Assembly: GCA_964467535.1 (NCBI GenBank)
Contig: CAYXRT010000002.1
Span: 43,052-107,051, forward strand
DNA: 64,000 nt
Direction of reading: 5' to 3'
DNA from: an uncultured Desulfurococcales archaeon
Lineage (GTDB): Archaea; Thermoproteota; Thermoprotei_A; Sulfolobales; WANQ01
Shown: piece by piece, positions 51,571-61,808 of the stretch
Layout: every line of letters begins with the position of its first letter
Position numbering within the stretch: position 1 is the first letter of the stretch
The notes under the pieces: model-generated
What the model was told of the DNA's origin: nothing
What the model saw: the letters and a program-made list of their open reading frames with translations, nothing else
The model's database searches: none
Program-made: the position numbers and the translations under genes

Positions 51571-51627
51571 CCGATGATTAATGAACCCCTGAGCCGATAG
51601 ATGAGGACCCTTCAGCGGCAATGAGGT
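51571..51627 (+). ncRNA. Box C/D guide sRNA (second of a tandem pair)
   Basis: ATGATTA-atgaacccctgag-CCGA-tag-ATGAGGA-cccttcagcggca-ATGA. Confidence 0.7.
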
Positions 51628-51744
51628 AGTATTACCTTTAGTTTCGCTCACACTCACTGGTATTACTTTTATTTTCGGCTAAGTACGTAATGCGGGATTA
51701 AAGACTTAAAACCTAGTAAACGGATATTGATATATGGAAAGAGC

Positions 51745-52710
51745 ATGCCAGAGGAAAGAAGAGTTAGAGCTAAAAGTATAACTGATTTGCCAGGTGTAGG
51801 TCCAAGTACTGCATCTAAGTTAATCGATGCTGGATATAGTACTTTAGAAGCATTAGCTGTAGCATCACCTCAAGAGCTTAGTGCTGCTGCAGGTATTCCG
51901 TTAAGTACGGCTCAAAGAATAATTAAAGCTGCTAGAGAAGCACTTGATATAAGATTTAAGACCGCACTAGAAGTTAAGAAAGAAAGACTGTCTGTTAGAA
52001 AAGTAACAACTGGAAGCAGAAATCTAGATGCATTATTAGGTGGAGGAATCGAGACTAAGACTATAACAGAATTCTTTGGAGAATTTGGTACTGGTAAAAC
52101 CCAGCTATGTCATCAGTTAGTAGTTAACGTTCAATTACCAATAGAGAAAGGCGGATTAGAGGGTAAAGCTGTATACATTGATACCGAAGGTACATTTAGA
52201 TGGGAGCGTATAGAAGCTATGGCTAAGAGATGGGGTCTAGACCCCGATAAAGTTATGGAAAACATTCTATACATTAGAGCTGTTAATAGCGACCATCAAA
52301 TGGCCGTCGTAGATGAATTATTTAGCCTAGTACCAGCCGAGAACATAAAGCTCGTAGCAATAGACTCTATAACAGGCCACTTCAGGGCTGAATATCCAGG
52401 TAGAGAGAACCTTGCAGTAAGACAACAAAAGCTCAATAGGCATCTACATCAATTAATGAGATTAGCTGAAATATATAACATAGCTATTGTAGTAACGAAC
52501 CAAGTCATGGCGAGACCCGACGTCTTCTATGGAGATCCAACGCAACCCGTAGGAGGACACGTACTATATCATGCTCCCGGCGTTAGAGTACAATTAAGGA
52601 AGAGTAGAGGTAATAAGAGAATCGCTAGAGTAGTAGATGCTCCACATCTTCCAGAAGGAGAAGCAATATTTGTAATAACAGAAGAGGGCATTAAAGATCC
52701 TGAAGACTAA
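51745..52710 (+). CDS. radA: DNA repair and recombination protein RadA
   Basis: HhH N-domain, [24 protein letters not shown]; ATG at 51745 preferred as start. Confidence 0.97.
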   Translation: MPEERRVRAKSITDLPGVGPSTASKLIDAGYSTLEALAVASPQELSAAAGIPLSTAQRIIKAAREALDIRFKTALEVKKERLSVRKVTTGSRNLDALLGGGIETKTITEFFGEFGTGKTQLCHQLVVNVQLPIEKGGLEGKAVYIDTEGTFRWERIEAMAKRWGLDPDKVMENILYIRAVNSDHQMAVVDELFSLVPAENIKLVAIDSITGHFRAEYPGRENLAVRQQKLNRHLHQLMRLAEIYNIAIVVTNQVMARPDVFYGDPTQPVGGHVLYHAPGVRVQLRKSRGNKRIARVVDAPHLPEGEAIFVITEEGIKDPED

Positions 52711-53099
52711 ATATTAGAACAATAATATATTGAAAGATCTTTGGTAAAACGAACCTCAAAGAACGTTCCCTTCCATATAGTAAACCATACCAAACATTCA
52801 TCAACATATCCTTCAGGAAATTTAAGTGTTAATCTTAATCCGCTGAGGAGATCATACACACTTCTCTGCTTGAATTTAACACTAAATCCTTCACCTAGCT
52901 TATAAAGAACTTTTTGGACACCTCTATCAATTATAAACCAAGCATAGATCTTCTTGGATCTAGTATGGGATATTATGAAAGGTTTCATTAACTTAACAAT
53001 CCTATTAACATCTCTTGATTTAAAAGGAAATCTTAAAGGATTTTCAAACTTACATATTTCACTAAGCACTTCCTCAAACATTTTATATACTTTCACCAT
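52707..53099 (-). CDS. Hypothetical protein
   Basis: 130-aa ORF filling the gap; no recognised motif. Confidence 0.5.
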   Translation of the reverse strand: MVKVYKMFEEVLSEICKFENPLRFPFKSRDVNRIVKLMKPFIISHTRSKKIYAWFIIDRGVQKVLYKLGEGFSVKFKQRSVYDLLSGLRLTLKFPEGYVDECLVWFTIWKGTFFEVRFTKDLSIYYCSNI

Positions 53100-53129
53100 A
53101 TACTTTACTTAAATGAGGGTTTATTAACT

Positions 53130-53912
53130 ATGAACGATATCGTAGCCATGTGTTCATACATTAAGATAACAATTATATTAATAGTATTAACATATGCTAC
53201 GGTCCTTGATATAAAATATAGAGAGACACCATTAAAGATATGGTTATCTTCAATACCCATAATTACGCTATTAACCATTTTTGAGTACATTGAAGGTATT
53301 GAATACAATTTAATTATAACTCTATACTCTTGTATTATATCGATAGCTATTCCATGGATTATTTACCTCTCCGGATTGTTAGGCGGAGCAGATGCTCTCG
53401 CATACACATTAGTTACCCTAGGTGCACCTTTTAGGCCTCTTCCCATGATGACCAATGTAGTTCCGTTTCCTTTTCTAGTGTTAGTATATTCAAATATTCT
53501 ACCTGCAATAATGGCTATAATACTATTAGTTTACAATTTGATTCTGAATAGGCATTTTATACCCAAAGGAGTATCGTTAAAAACAAAGATGCTCTTACTA
53601 GTAAACGGCATACCTATTAAAGTAAGTAGATATTTAAGACAAAAATACACCTATCCTCTCCAAATATTTGAAGAAGATCATGAACTAGTAGTTAAGTATA
53701 GATCTGCATTTAATATTGATGAAGATCCTGAAGAACATAGAGCTAAGATAAGGAAATTACTTGAGAGAGGATTAATAAGTTCAGACAGCTATATATGGGT
53801 AGCTTACGGTTTACCATACATACTATTTATACTAATAGGCTACATAACCTCATTGATAATTGCTGATTATCCTATATTAGCCATAATTACAAAGTTCTTA
53901 AGAGAAAGCTAG
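53130..53912 (+). CDS. Prepilin/prearchaellin peptidase (A24, PibD/FlaK-like)
   Basis: LDIKYRE, GLLGGAD, C-terminal WVAYGLPYI. Confidence 0.85.
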   Translation: MNDIVAMCSYIKITIILIVLTYATVLDIKYRETPLKIWLSSIPIITLLTIFEYIEGIEYNLIITLYSCIISIAIPWIIYLSGLLGGADALAYTLVTLGAPFRPLPMMTNVVPFPFLVLVYSNILPAIMAIILLVYNLILNRHFIPKGVSLKTKMLLLVNGIPIKVSRYLRQKYTYPLQIFEEDHELVVKYRSAFNIDEDPEEHRAKIRKLLERGLISSDSYIWVAYGLPYILFILIGYITSLIIADYPILAIITKFLRES

Positions 53913-54419
53913 GTGATAAGGTTGAAGGACATATTATATGCGCCATGGAGGTTTAAATATATTACATCAACTCTCAAGAAGAAGGATAGATGCATATTCT
54001 GTGAAATGCTATCTATGAAGGATGAGGAAGCTTATATTATTTATAGAGGACGCTATTCCTTTATAGTATTAAACATTTATCCATATAATACAGGTCATCT
54101 CATGATAGCACCTTACAGACATGTGCCAAGTATTGAAAATTTATCAGATGACGAACTTCTTGAAATAATTAAATTACTCAAGTTATCAATTAAGTTGTTA
54201 AGGGAGGCATATAATCCGCACGGTTTCAATATAGGATTGAACATAGGAAGAGTTGCAGGTGCTGGCATAGAAGACCATGTACATATACATATTGTTCCTA
54301 GATGGATAGGTGATGTTAACTTCATGCCATCAATATGTGAGGTAAAGGTTTTCTCTCAAGCAATTGAAGAATCCTATAAATTACTTAGAGATAAGTTACG
54401 TGAGCTAAAAACTATTTAA
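53913..54419 (+). CDS. HIT family hydrolase
   Basis: LYAPWR, CIFC, YPYNTGH, HVHIHIVPRW. Confidence 0.92.
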   Translation: MIRLKDILYAPWRFKYITSTLKKKDRCIFCEMLSMKDEEAYIIYRGRYSFIVLNIYPYNTGHLMIAPYRHVPSIENLSDDELLEIIKLLKLSIKLLREAYNPHGFNIGLNIGRVAGAGIEDHVHIHIVPRWIGDVNFMPSICEVKVFSQAIEESYKLLRDKLRELKTI

Positions 54420-54442
54420 CCTTATAATAAAATAAGGAATTT

Positions 54443-54498
54443 TTGATGCTGAAGCCCTCGATCACTGATTGGTGAGGAGGACGGGGTTTACCTGAGCT
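54443..54498 (+). ncRNA. Box C/D guide sRNA overlapping the 3' end of the convergent aminotransferase gene
   Basis: ATGCTGA-agccctcgatca-CTGA-ttg-GTGAGGA-ggacggggtttac-CTGA. Confidence 0.8.
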
Positions 54499-55855
54499 TA
54501 CCCGTTTTAGACTCCTTTTCGACTTCTTTGAGGATTTCCTCTAATATATCAACGGCCTTTGAAGCTAATTCTAACGGTATATTTAGTGGTGGAGCTATCC
54601 TTATTACCGAAAGACCAGCGCCTATTACTATCACTCCTCTTTTAAATGCCTTATTAAGTACTATTGCTAGCTCCTTTCTTGCGGGTTCCTTGGTCTTACG
54701 ATCCTTCACAAGCTCTATACCTATCATTAGTCCTTTACCTCTAACATCACCTATTAGTTCTATATTACCCATCATCTCTTTGAATCTCTTCATAATAAAC
54801 TCTCCAACTCTTGTAGCGTTCTCAAGTAATTTTTCATTTTCTATGACGTCGATTACAGCTAAAGCTGCAGCGCAAGCAACAGGGTTACCTCCAAAAGTTG
54901 TTGCGTGTGCTCCTCTAGGCAAGGTCATTACATCTGATCTTCCTATTATAGCGCTTAACGGTAAACCTGATGCTATAGCCTTAGCCGAAGTAATTATATC
55001 GGGGATAACGTTCCAATGTTCTATAGCCCACCATTTACCACTCCTACCAAAACCCGATTGAACTTCATCAGCGATAAGCAATATGCCGTACTTATCACAT
55101 AAAGTTCTTAGCTTAGGTAGGAAATTATCTGGTGGAACAACATAGCCTCCCTCTCCTTGAATAGGTTCAATAAATATTGCTGAGACTTCATTCGGGTCTA
55201 CGTATTTAGAGAATATATAATCTTCTATAAATCCAAGACATAATTCACCACACTCCTTAGGATCATCTGTTTTAAATGGACACCGGTAGGTATATGGATA
55301 AGGAGCATGAATAACTGCCGGTAGCAATGGAGCAAACCATTTATGTTGTATTGATTTACTAGCTGTTAAGGTATTAGCGCCCATAGTTCTACCGTGGAAT
55401 GCTCCATAGAATGCTATAATCCAAGGTCTAGATCCTTTAAAGAAACCTCTAGCAATTTTTATGGCACCTTCAATTGCCTCTGCACCGCTATTACCAAAGA
55501 ACACTTTAGCGCTAGGCTTTATCGGGGTGATAGATATGAGTTTTTCTGCAAGGTTTACAGCTTCTTCATAATAAAAGTCCGTTAAACTATAATGTAGTAA
55601 TTTCTCAGCTTGTCTCTTGATGGCCTCTACAATTCTTGGATGAAGATGTCCCACATTCAGCACTGCTATACCTGAGTTTAAATCTATGTATTTATTACCA
55701 TCAACATCTTCTACTACAGCTCCGTGACCAGTTTTGATCACTAAAGGATACCATCTAACGAACGACTGCATTAACACCTTTTCATCTCTCTCAAGTATTT
55801 TCTTGGCTTTTGGACCTGGAGGTTCAATAACTATATGTGGAGCTTCTAAAACCAT
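54488..55855 (-). CDS. Class III PLP aminotransferase (GABA/acetylornithine type)
   Basis: NSGAEA, FHGRT, EPIQGEGGY, DEVQSGFGR, SAKAIASG, TFGGNP. Confidence 0.92.
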   Translation of the reverse strand: MVLEAPHIVIEPPGPKAKKILERDEKVLMQSFVRWYPLVIKTGHGAVVEDVDGNKYIDLNSGIAVLNVGHLHPRIVEAIKRQAEKLLHYSLTDFYYEEAVNLAEKLISITPIKPSAKVFFGNSGAEAIEGAIKIARGFFKGSRPWIIAFYGAFHGRTMGANTLTASKSIQHKWFAPLLPAVIHAPYPYTYRCPFKTDDPKECGELCLGFIEDYIFSKYVDPNEVSAIFIEPIQGEGGYVVPPDNFLPKLRTLCDKYGILLIADEVQSGFGRSGKWWAIEHWNVIPDIITSAKAIASGLPLSAIIGRSDVMTLPRGAHATTFGGNPVACAAALAVIDVIENEKLLENATRVGEFIMKRFKEMMGNIELIGDVRGKGLMIGIELVKDRKTKEPARKELAIVLNKAFKRGVIVIGAGLSVIRIAPPLNIPLELASKAVDILEEILKEVEKESKTGKLR

Positions 55856-55909
55856 ATAAATGCACCCTGAATATTATCAGTAGAGAAAATTTAAAACTTA
55901 ACCATAACG

Positions 55910-56113
55910 TTGGTGGCCTATATGCCATTATCTGAAGAATTGGAGTTCATAGAGGAATATATGATAGAGGGTAGGAAAAGATTTAGATTTAAAGTAAAGA
56001 ATACTAATGTAGTAATAAATGTCTCGGCAAAAACCATTGAAGAAGCTAAACAGAAAGCACAAAATATGCTAAAAATATTAAAGATTAAGGAAGCATTTAA
56101 GGGACAAATATAA
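55910..56113 (+). CDS. Small hypothetical protein
   Basis: 67-aa ORF (possible ATG start at 55922) with coding-like composition. Confidence 0.6.
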   Translation: MVAYMPLSEELEFIEEYMIEGRKRFRFKVKNTNVVINVSAKTIEEAKQKAQNMLKILKIKEAFKGQI

Positions 56114-56141
56114 TTATAAACATAAGTTACATCTACTAAAC

Positions 56142-56199
56142 CAGATGATGAATGTGGCGGTCTCAGAAATCAAATGAAGAATTAGGAGCCCACTGATAT
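56142..56199 (+). ncRNA. Box C/D guide sRNA
   Basis: ATGATGA-atgtggcggtct-CAGA-aatcaa-ATGAAGA-attaggagccca-CTGA. Confidence 0.87.
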
Positions 56200-56210
56200 C
56201 TTACATCAAA

Positions 56211-56483
56211 CTATATTTTCTTGGCCTTTAACTTCTCAAGTTCTCTTTGTTCTTGCTCTATAGTCTTTAAGAGCTTGTTTAAGGCGCTAATAACCTTTGT
56301 TCTATCTTCAACGATTAATTGTTCTATGAGTCTATTAAAGAATTTCAGAGCACATTTCTTACTATGGAATGTTAATTCTCTTTCATCTATCCTTAATGTT
56401 ATTCCCTGACCTCTAGGAAATATCCTTCCACAAATCAGGCACTTGACTCTAGGCTTTCTCGACACGTTAATTAACCCCGACAT
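56211..56483 (-). CDS. TRASH/eL24-like small zinc-binding protein
   Basis: CLICGRIFPRGQG...FHSKKC. Confidence 0.65.
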   Translation of the reverse strand: MSGLINVSRKPRVKCLICGRIFPRGQGITLRIDERELTFHSKKCALKFFNRLIEQLIVEDRTKVISALNKLLKTIEQEQRELEKLKAKKI

Positions 56484-56586
56484 GTTATTACTATAGAGGT
56501 TTTTAAATTAGTACGTATAAGAAGATCAAATACAGTATTAACATATCAAGGGAGTAAGAAGCGCTGAAAACGGTAAAGGTGATGAC

Positions 56587-59466
56587 ATGAATGATGAATC
56601 GATAAGTGAGGGTTCATTAGGATATAGATGCAATGAAAATTATTGTAAGGAAAGTGTAATGAATATATTACGTAAAGAAATAAGGTTATTACTAAAGGAA
56701 CTAGGTTGGAATGACTTAACTGAACCACAATTAAAGGCTATACCATTAATAAGTAAGGGCTATAATGTATTAATTATTGCTCCAACAGGTTTGGGAAAAA
56801 CCGAGGCAGCATTATTACCTGTATTTAACATGATTCTTTCATCAAAACCTCCTCCTATCAATGTACTATATATAACTCCTCTAAAAGCATTAATAAATGA
56901 CTTATATAAGAGGATTTCATGGTGGGCTTCAAGGCTAAGACTTAATGTTTCAAGGAAACATAGTGAAGTTTCTCGGTATGAGAAATCCATTAGGCTTAAA
57001 AAAGTCCCTGATATTCTCATAACGACACCGGAAGGACTAGAAATAGACCTTGATTGGGCAACAAAATTTAGGCAATATTACAAGAATATAAAATGGGTAA
57101 TAGTAGACGAAGTTCATGAACTAATTAATTCTAAGAGAGGTATACAATTATCAATTTTATTAGAGAGACTAAGATCATTTATAAACTATGACTTCCAAGT
57201 TATAGGTCTTTCGGCAACTATAGGAAATCCCTTACAAGCAGCTAGATTAATATTTGGAAGTTCAAGAAGGAAGGGATGCATTTTAGAGTCATCCATGAAT
57301 AAAAGTTTATCATTAATAATAGATTCTAAAACAAAAGGTGATTCTTGGAATTCAATTGCAGAATGTATAGAAAAACATCTTAAACCACCTACATTAATTT
57401 TTGTAAATTCACGCTTTGCTGCCGAAAGAATTCATGAAGTTTTAGAGAGCAAAAAATTAAAAGATATTTACGTTCATCATTCATCAATTTCACGGGGGAT
57501 GAAGACCTGTGTAGAAGACCTATTAAAGAATGGTAAAGTTAAAGGGGTTATCTGTACAAAGACGTTGGAGCTAGGTATAGATATAGCTGACGTAGACCTA
57601 GTTATACAAGTAAATCCACCAGGTTCCGTAACTACGTTAATACAAAGAGTAGGGCGTAGCGGCCATGATATTAATAGGACTGCCCAAGGAGTTCTAATAT
57701 GTGATGACCCCGTCGATGTACTTGAATGCATTGCTACATCCAGGCTAGCATTGAAGGGTGAACTTGAAAAGCCAAAGATATTAGAAAAACCATTAGATGT
57801 ATTATCACGAGAAATTTTAGGTATATGTCTTGAGAGAGGAGAAGTACATGAAGATGAAATATTCAAGATAATTAAGAAAAGTTATCCCTATAGGAATATG
57901 TCCAGGGAAGAGTTTGATGTATTAATAAAATATTTAATTAGGAATAACATGCTATTAAGGACGTCTAATAATAAAGTGAAACTAGGGCCTGCATTTTTCA
58001 GAATATGGAGATTTAATGAAAGTTCAGCTCCATGGTCAAGAAGTTTTTCGGAGTTCTTCTCACTAATTAATGAAAGGCCTTCATTTATAGTTAAATGTAA
58101 TAATAATGTAATAGGAGAAGTAGATGCTCATTTCGTATACAAGCATCTAAGAGTAGGTGATGTATTTAGACTATCTGGTAAAACATGGATTGTTACATCA
58201 ATAGATGAATTTAACATGAAAGTAGAAGTATCACCCGTGAGTAAGGGTGAAGCTGAAATACCTCTATGGAGAGGAGAGACCCAACCCAGGGACTACATAA
58301 TTTCAAGAGAAATGATGAATATCATAAGAGAAATACTTATAGGAGGACAATTAAAGAAACTTGAGAACTTGACTATTACAAAAGAAGCATTAATTAAGTT
58401 AAAACAGCTTGTTCAGAATATTAAGACTATATATGAAAATATCATACCTGAAGCACTATACATAGAACGTAGTAATAATGAAACTTTCTTCATAACATTT
58501 ATGGGTGAAAAAGTATCAGCAACGTTAGCACATATTCTACTATATAAGATTTCAACAGATATAACACTTAATGTACAAGCTAGAATATCGCCTATAGGCT
58601 TCTCGATAAGAGTCAAAGGTGTAGACCCCTTAAAAATACTCCTTGACATAAAACCAAAGGAAATATTAACCTTAGCAGTCAATGCTGCAAGACGATCACC
58701 TCTTCTAAACCTCTACTTAAAGAATATACAGCATAGTTTTGGGAAAATAGGTAAGTTAAATGATGTAGATGATGAAATAATAATAAATGAGGCATGTAAA
58801 CAGCTTATCCAGGAATACTTTGACATACCGTTAACAGTCAATTACCTGAGCAAGGTAATAGGAGAGGGAAGAATAATTAAAATAGAGAGTAGAGAGCCCT
58901 CCCTATTAGCTAGGTATATATCTAAGTTTCCACCAATAAAGCCATGGATTAGAGACATAACCTTAATAATAATTAATACTCTAGAGGGCTCTGCATTCAC
59001 TGTTGAGGAATTATCTATAATGCTCAATTTGCCCGAGAAAAGCATAGAGAACAAGTTAAAAGACCTGAGAAGAAGCGCTGGACAATATAAAGTATTTCAA
59101 TTCATAGATGTAGATATAGGTGAATGGCGTTGGGCACTAGAAAAGGATCTGAAAAGCATCGTGAATAGCGAATTATATAAATCATCATTCACCCCCTTAG
59201 ACTACGATGAGAGATTCATAGTGGTAATAAAGTTATTTGAGGAAGATCACGGCCACGTGATATATGTAACTGCACGTGAAATATTAAATAGATTGAGTAA
59301 AATTATGGCAATGATTAATGACGTAGCATACGAAGTAAGAATAGAACCCTTGTTATCTTTAATACCCAAGCTATATGTACGATACTACCATGTAAGTAAA
59401 GAAACCTTACCATATATTATGTTAAATGGGATAACATTTCTACAAAAAGTTAAAAGTAATTTATAA
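56587..59466 (+). CDS. Lhr-like SF2 DEAH helicase (true start possibly ATG 56659)
   Basis: APTGLGKT, TPLKALIND, DEVH, SAT, HHSS, LELGID, QRVGRSGH. Confidence 0.9.
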   Translation: MNDESISEGSLGYRCNENYCKESVMNILRKEIRLLLKELGWNDLTEPQLKAIPLISKGYNVLIIAPTGLGKTEAALLPVFNMILSSKPPPINVLYITPLKALINDLYKRISWWASRLRLNVSRKHSEVSRYEKSIRLKKVPDILITTPEGLEIDLDWATKFRQYYKNIKWVIVDEVHELINSKRGIQLSILLERLRSFINYDFQVIGLSATIGNPLQAARLIFGSSRRKGCILESSMNKSLSLIIDSKTKGDSWNSIAECIEKHLKPPTLIFVNSRFAAERIHEVLESKKLKDIYVHHSSISRGMKTCVEDLLKNGKVKGVICTKTLELGIDIADVDLVIQVNPPGSVTTLIQRVGRSGHDINRTAQGVLICDDPVDVLECIATSRLALKGELEKPKILEKPLDVLSREILGICLERGEVHEDEIFKIIKKSYPYRNMSREEFDVLIKYLIRNNMLLRTSNNKVKLGPAFFRIWRFNESSAPWSRSFSEFFSLINERPSFIVKCNNNVIGEVDAHFVYKHLRVGDVFRLSGKTWIVTSIDEFNMKVEVSPVSKGEAEIPLWRGETQPRDYIISREMMNIIREILIGGQLKKLENLTITKEALIKLKQLVQNIKTIYENIIPEALYIERSNNETFFITFMGEKVSATLAHILLYKISTDITLNVQARISPIGFSIRVKGVDPLKILLDIKPKEILTLAVNAARRSPLLNLYLKNIQHSFGKIGKLNDVDDEIIINEACKQLIQEYFDIPLTVNYLSKVIGEGRIIKIESREPSLLARYISKFPPIKPWIRDITLIIINTLEGSAFTVEELSIMLNLPEKSIENKLKDLRRSAGQYKVFQFIDVDIGEWRWALEKDLKSIVNSELYKSSFTPLDYDERFIVVIKLFEEDHGHVIYVTAREILNRLSKIMAMINDVAYEVRIEPLLSLIPKLYVRYYHVSKETLPYIMLNGITFLQKVKSNL

Positions 59467-59480
59467 CACATACTATACAG

Positions 59481-59538
59481 CAGATGATGAACGCCACGCC
59501 TCTAGAATACAAATGAAGAAGGCTCGTGATACTGATAG
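59481..59538 (+). ncRNA. Box C/D guide sRNA (first of a tandem pair)
   Basis: ATGATGA-acgccacgcctc-TAGA-atacaa-ATGAAGA-aggctcgtgata-CTGA. Confidence 0.85.
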
Positions 59539-59564
59539 CCATTTATGGAATATAAAATAAGTAA

Positions 59565-59619
59565 CCTGTGATGAAATCGAGGTAAGGTGATCGATGATCG
59601 AGTTATCCCCAACTGATAG
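59565..59619 (+). ncRNA. Box C/D guide sRNA predicted to target the 23S peptidyl-transferase centre
   Basis: GTGATGA-aatcgaggtaag-GTGA-tcg-ATGATCG-agttatccccaa-CTGA; guides complementary to ACCUCGAU and GGGGAUAAC. Confidence 0.85.
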
Positions 59620-60108
59620 CATTTTAGGTAGTTAAAGTAATCTCTTCCAATTCCCTCTAAGACGCATTTTGAGTCTCTTAAGGTAGAAACAGGTTGTTGT
59701 ATTTGATGGTATACTACATGATTCGTGAGTAACGGTAGCTCACTTATTATAGATTATTTAAAGCCAAGGTCTATGACCGCTACTTAATATAACTAACTTG
59801 CTGTTATGACATAGAGTGGAGAGAAATCATATTATGGTTAGCTAAGGTCTCTAGCCCTAACTCAGTCTCTTAATCATCTAGTAATTTTACGAATTGAATT
59901 CCGAGGCTATGTTGCAGGAATTTTTGAAAGGTACTTATATTTAGTCAGTTTAAGTACATTTATCCAGTAACAAAAAGCAAAATTTTCATATAATCAATGG
60001 GGTTTATGAATATACCCAGTATCCTGTGGAGGGAGTATCTAAATACTATGTAGAGTATAATTATGATTGATATAAGAAGCAAAGTTTACGTTCTCCTATA
60101 CTGCTTGA

Positions 60109-60637
60109 TTAGAGTTTGGGAAGGATTAAGGTGGCAATGAAGGGGATAAAACAAGCTGTGAGTATTTCTGTTGCTAATGTTATTGGCGAATATACTATTG
60201 ATTTCACGTATGGATTATGCTTAATTTCGACTCTTAGCTTTTAAAGTTCCCCAGGTGATCTTTTTTCTACGATGATGTATAATTTATATGGTGTTAAACC
60301 TCTTATCTTATCTGCATCGATTGCTACATAGTCTGTAGCTACCTTAACCGCTTTCTCCACATTATTTATATACTTCATTAATCCATAGAATGCTATTAGC
60401 ACTGTGCATACTTGCTCCCTGCCATCAAGGGGTTAGGTTTCACAAGTACTTCGTAGGAGATGAGAATAGTACCATTGTTTGGCAGATGAAAACTTACGTA
60501 AACGCTATTGAATCCTTCATCATTGCCAGCAACCGTACTAATGAGCCTATATAATGTGTAATTGCAGCAACATCCCAAATACCAATGATAAATAACATCA
60601 ACATTACTACAAATAGAATTTTTGCATCACCCCCCAT
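60109..60637 (-). pseudogene. Fragmented gene for a small exported/membrane-anchored protein
   Basis: Signal-like MGGDAKILFVVMLMLFIIG, then two frame changes and one in-frame TAA, ending in a hydrophobic tail (ILTACFIPFIATLILPKL). Confidence 0.5.
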
Positions 60638-61175
60638 TAACTTACACCATCATTTGAACTTATTTTGTTTTTACATCTACGCTATTATATATCTAACAAT
60701 CTATGCATTCATAGCACATTTCTAAGCCTATGTAATGGCCTTTCTCTTGGCTTTTCTGCATTATTCATTGGCTTAGGGACTTTTTCATTTAAGGTTCCAC
60801 TTAATTCTTATGCTGATTCTCCGGTTAAGACGTAAAACTTTTTCATATCTTAATGTCATAATATTCCGTGACTCCTTGAATTCATGAATATGCTCCTGCT
60901 CTGAGCACATCATCAATATTTGTTTTTCAGGTAGTTCATTCTACCTGATGATAATTTTTCTTTAAGTGATTAATTTATATCTTCGCCTTAGCATATTAAG
61001 GATAACACCTTTTCTTACATCGTTTCTGCCTTGTTCCCTGACCTTGTAAAGAGTATGTAAGTCCATTCATTTATCTATGGCTAGAGCAGGATATTCTTAA
61101 TGAATAAGTTAATGAGATAACACATAATAATGGACTTGTATTTATTGTTTCATGAATAGTGAGGAGCGGTAGAGA

Positions 61176-61808
61176 GTGATGAAGAAAAGTCATAGTCTAT
61201 TACAAAACCATTTACATAATGTGAATAATATATCTTCATTTAATTCGACTAAAATTAATTATCAACCTAAGGTACTATGTATAATACGAGTAAAAGATGA
61301 AAAATCATTACCTAGATTCCTAAAAATTCTCAAGAGCTTCAATATAGACATTATCGATGTGGATGAAGAAAACAGAAGAGTGGTTTTTGATACTAATATA
61401 GCTGATTTTATTAAAGTCTTGTCCATAGTTAAAGACTATTCCTTAACCGCAACTATTCAATTATCATCAGCCTATAAATGTAAACTACGGAGGAAATACG
61501 AGGTAATAAATATTTTAAAATCGAAGACACCTGCGATGCTAATAACGCAAAGAAACGTATATGCTATCGTAACAGTAAATGATACTAAAAGGATATTAAT
61601 TGAGGTAATGTATAAAGGTGAAGGATATGGAGTAATCAGGTTAAGACCATTTAAGGCTCTCTCAATTCCATATGTTATCACATACCCTATACCTGAATCA
61701 TTAACTACGTATGATCTTTTTCAAGTCTCAGAGAAGGATATAGTTTATATAGGTAGTAAGATGAATAATACGTTAAAAATATTAAGGAGCGAGCTATGTA
61801 GGGATTAA
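61176..61808 (+). CDS. Hypothetical protein (possible ACT/ferredoxin-like N-terminal part)
   Basis: 210-aa ORF with a GGAG SD; no diagnostic motif. Confidence 0.55.
   Translation: MMKKSHSLLQNHLHNVNNISSFNSTKINYQPKVLCIIRVKDEKSLPRFLKILKSFNIDIIDVDEENRRVVFDTNIADFIKVLSIVKDYSLTATIQLSSAYKCKLRRKYEVINILKSKTPAMLITQRNVYAIVTVNDTKRILIEVMYKGEGYGVIRLRPFKALSIPYVITYPIPESLTTYDLFQVSEKDIVYIGSKMNNTLKILRSELCRD

Noticed and set aside
56579-56620. GTGATGA/ATGATGA motifs upstream of lhr
   Set aside because: No properly spaced CTGA; could be SD/start sequence.
59643-59690. CRISPR-repeat-like words (CTTCCAATTCC...GTAGAAAC)
   Set aside because: Single occurrence with no regularly spaced repeats, and no cas genes in the window.
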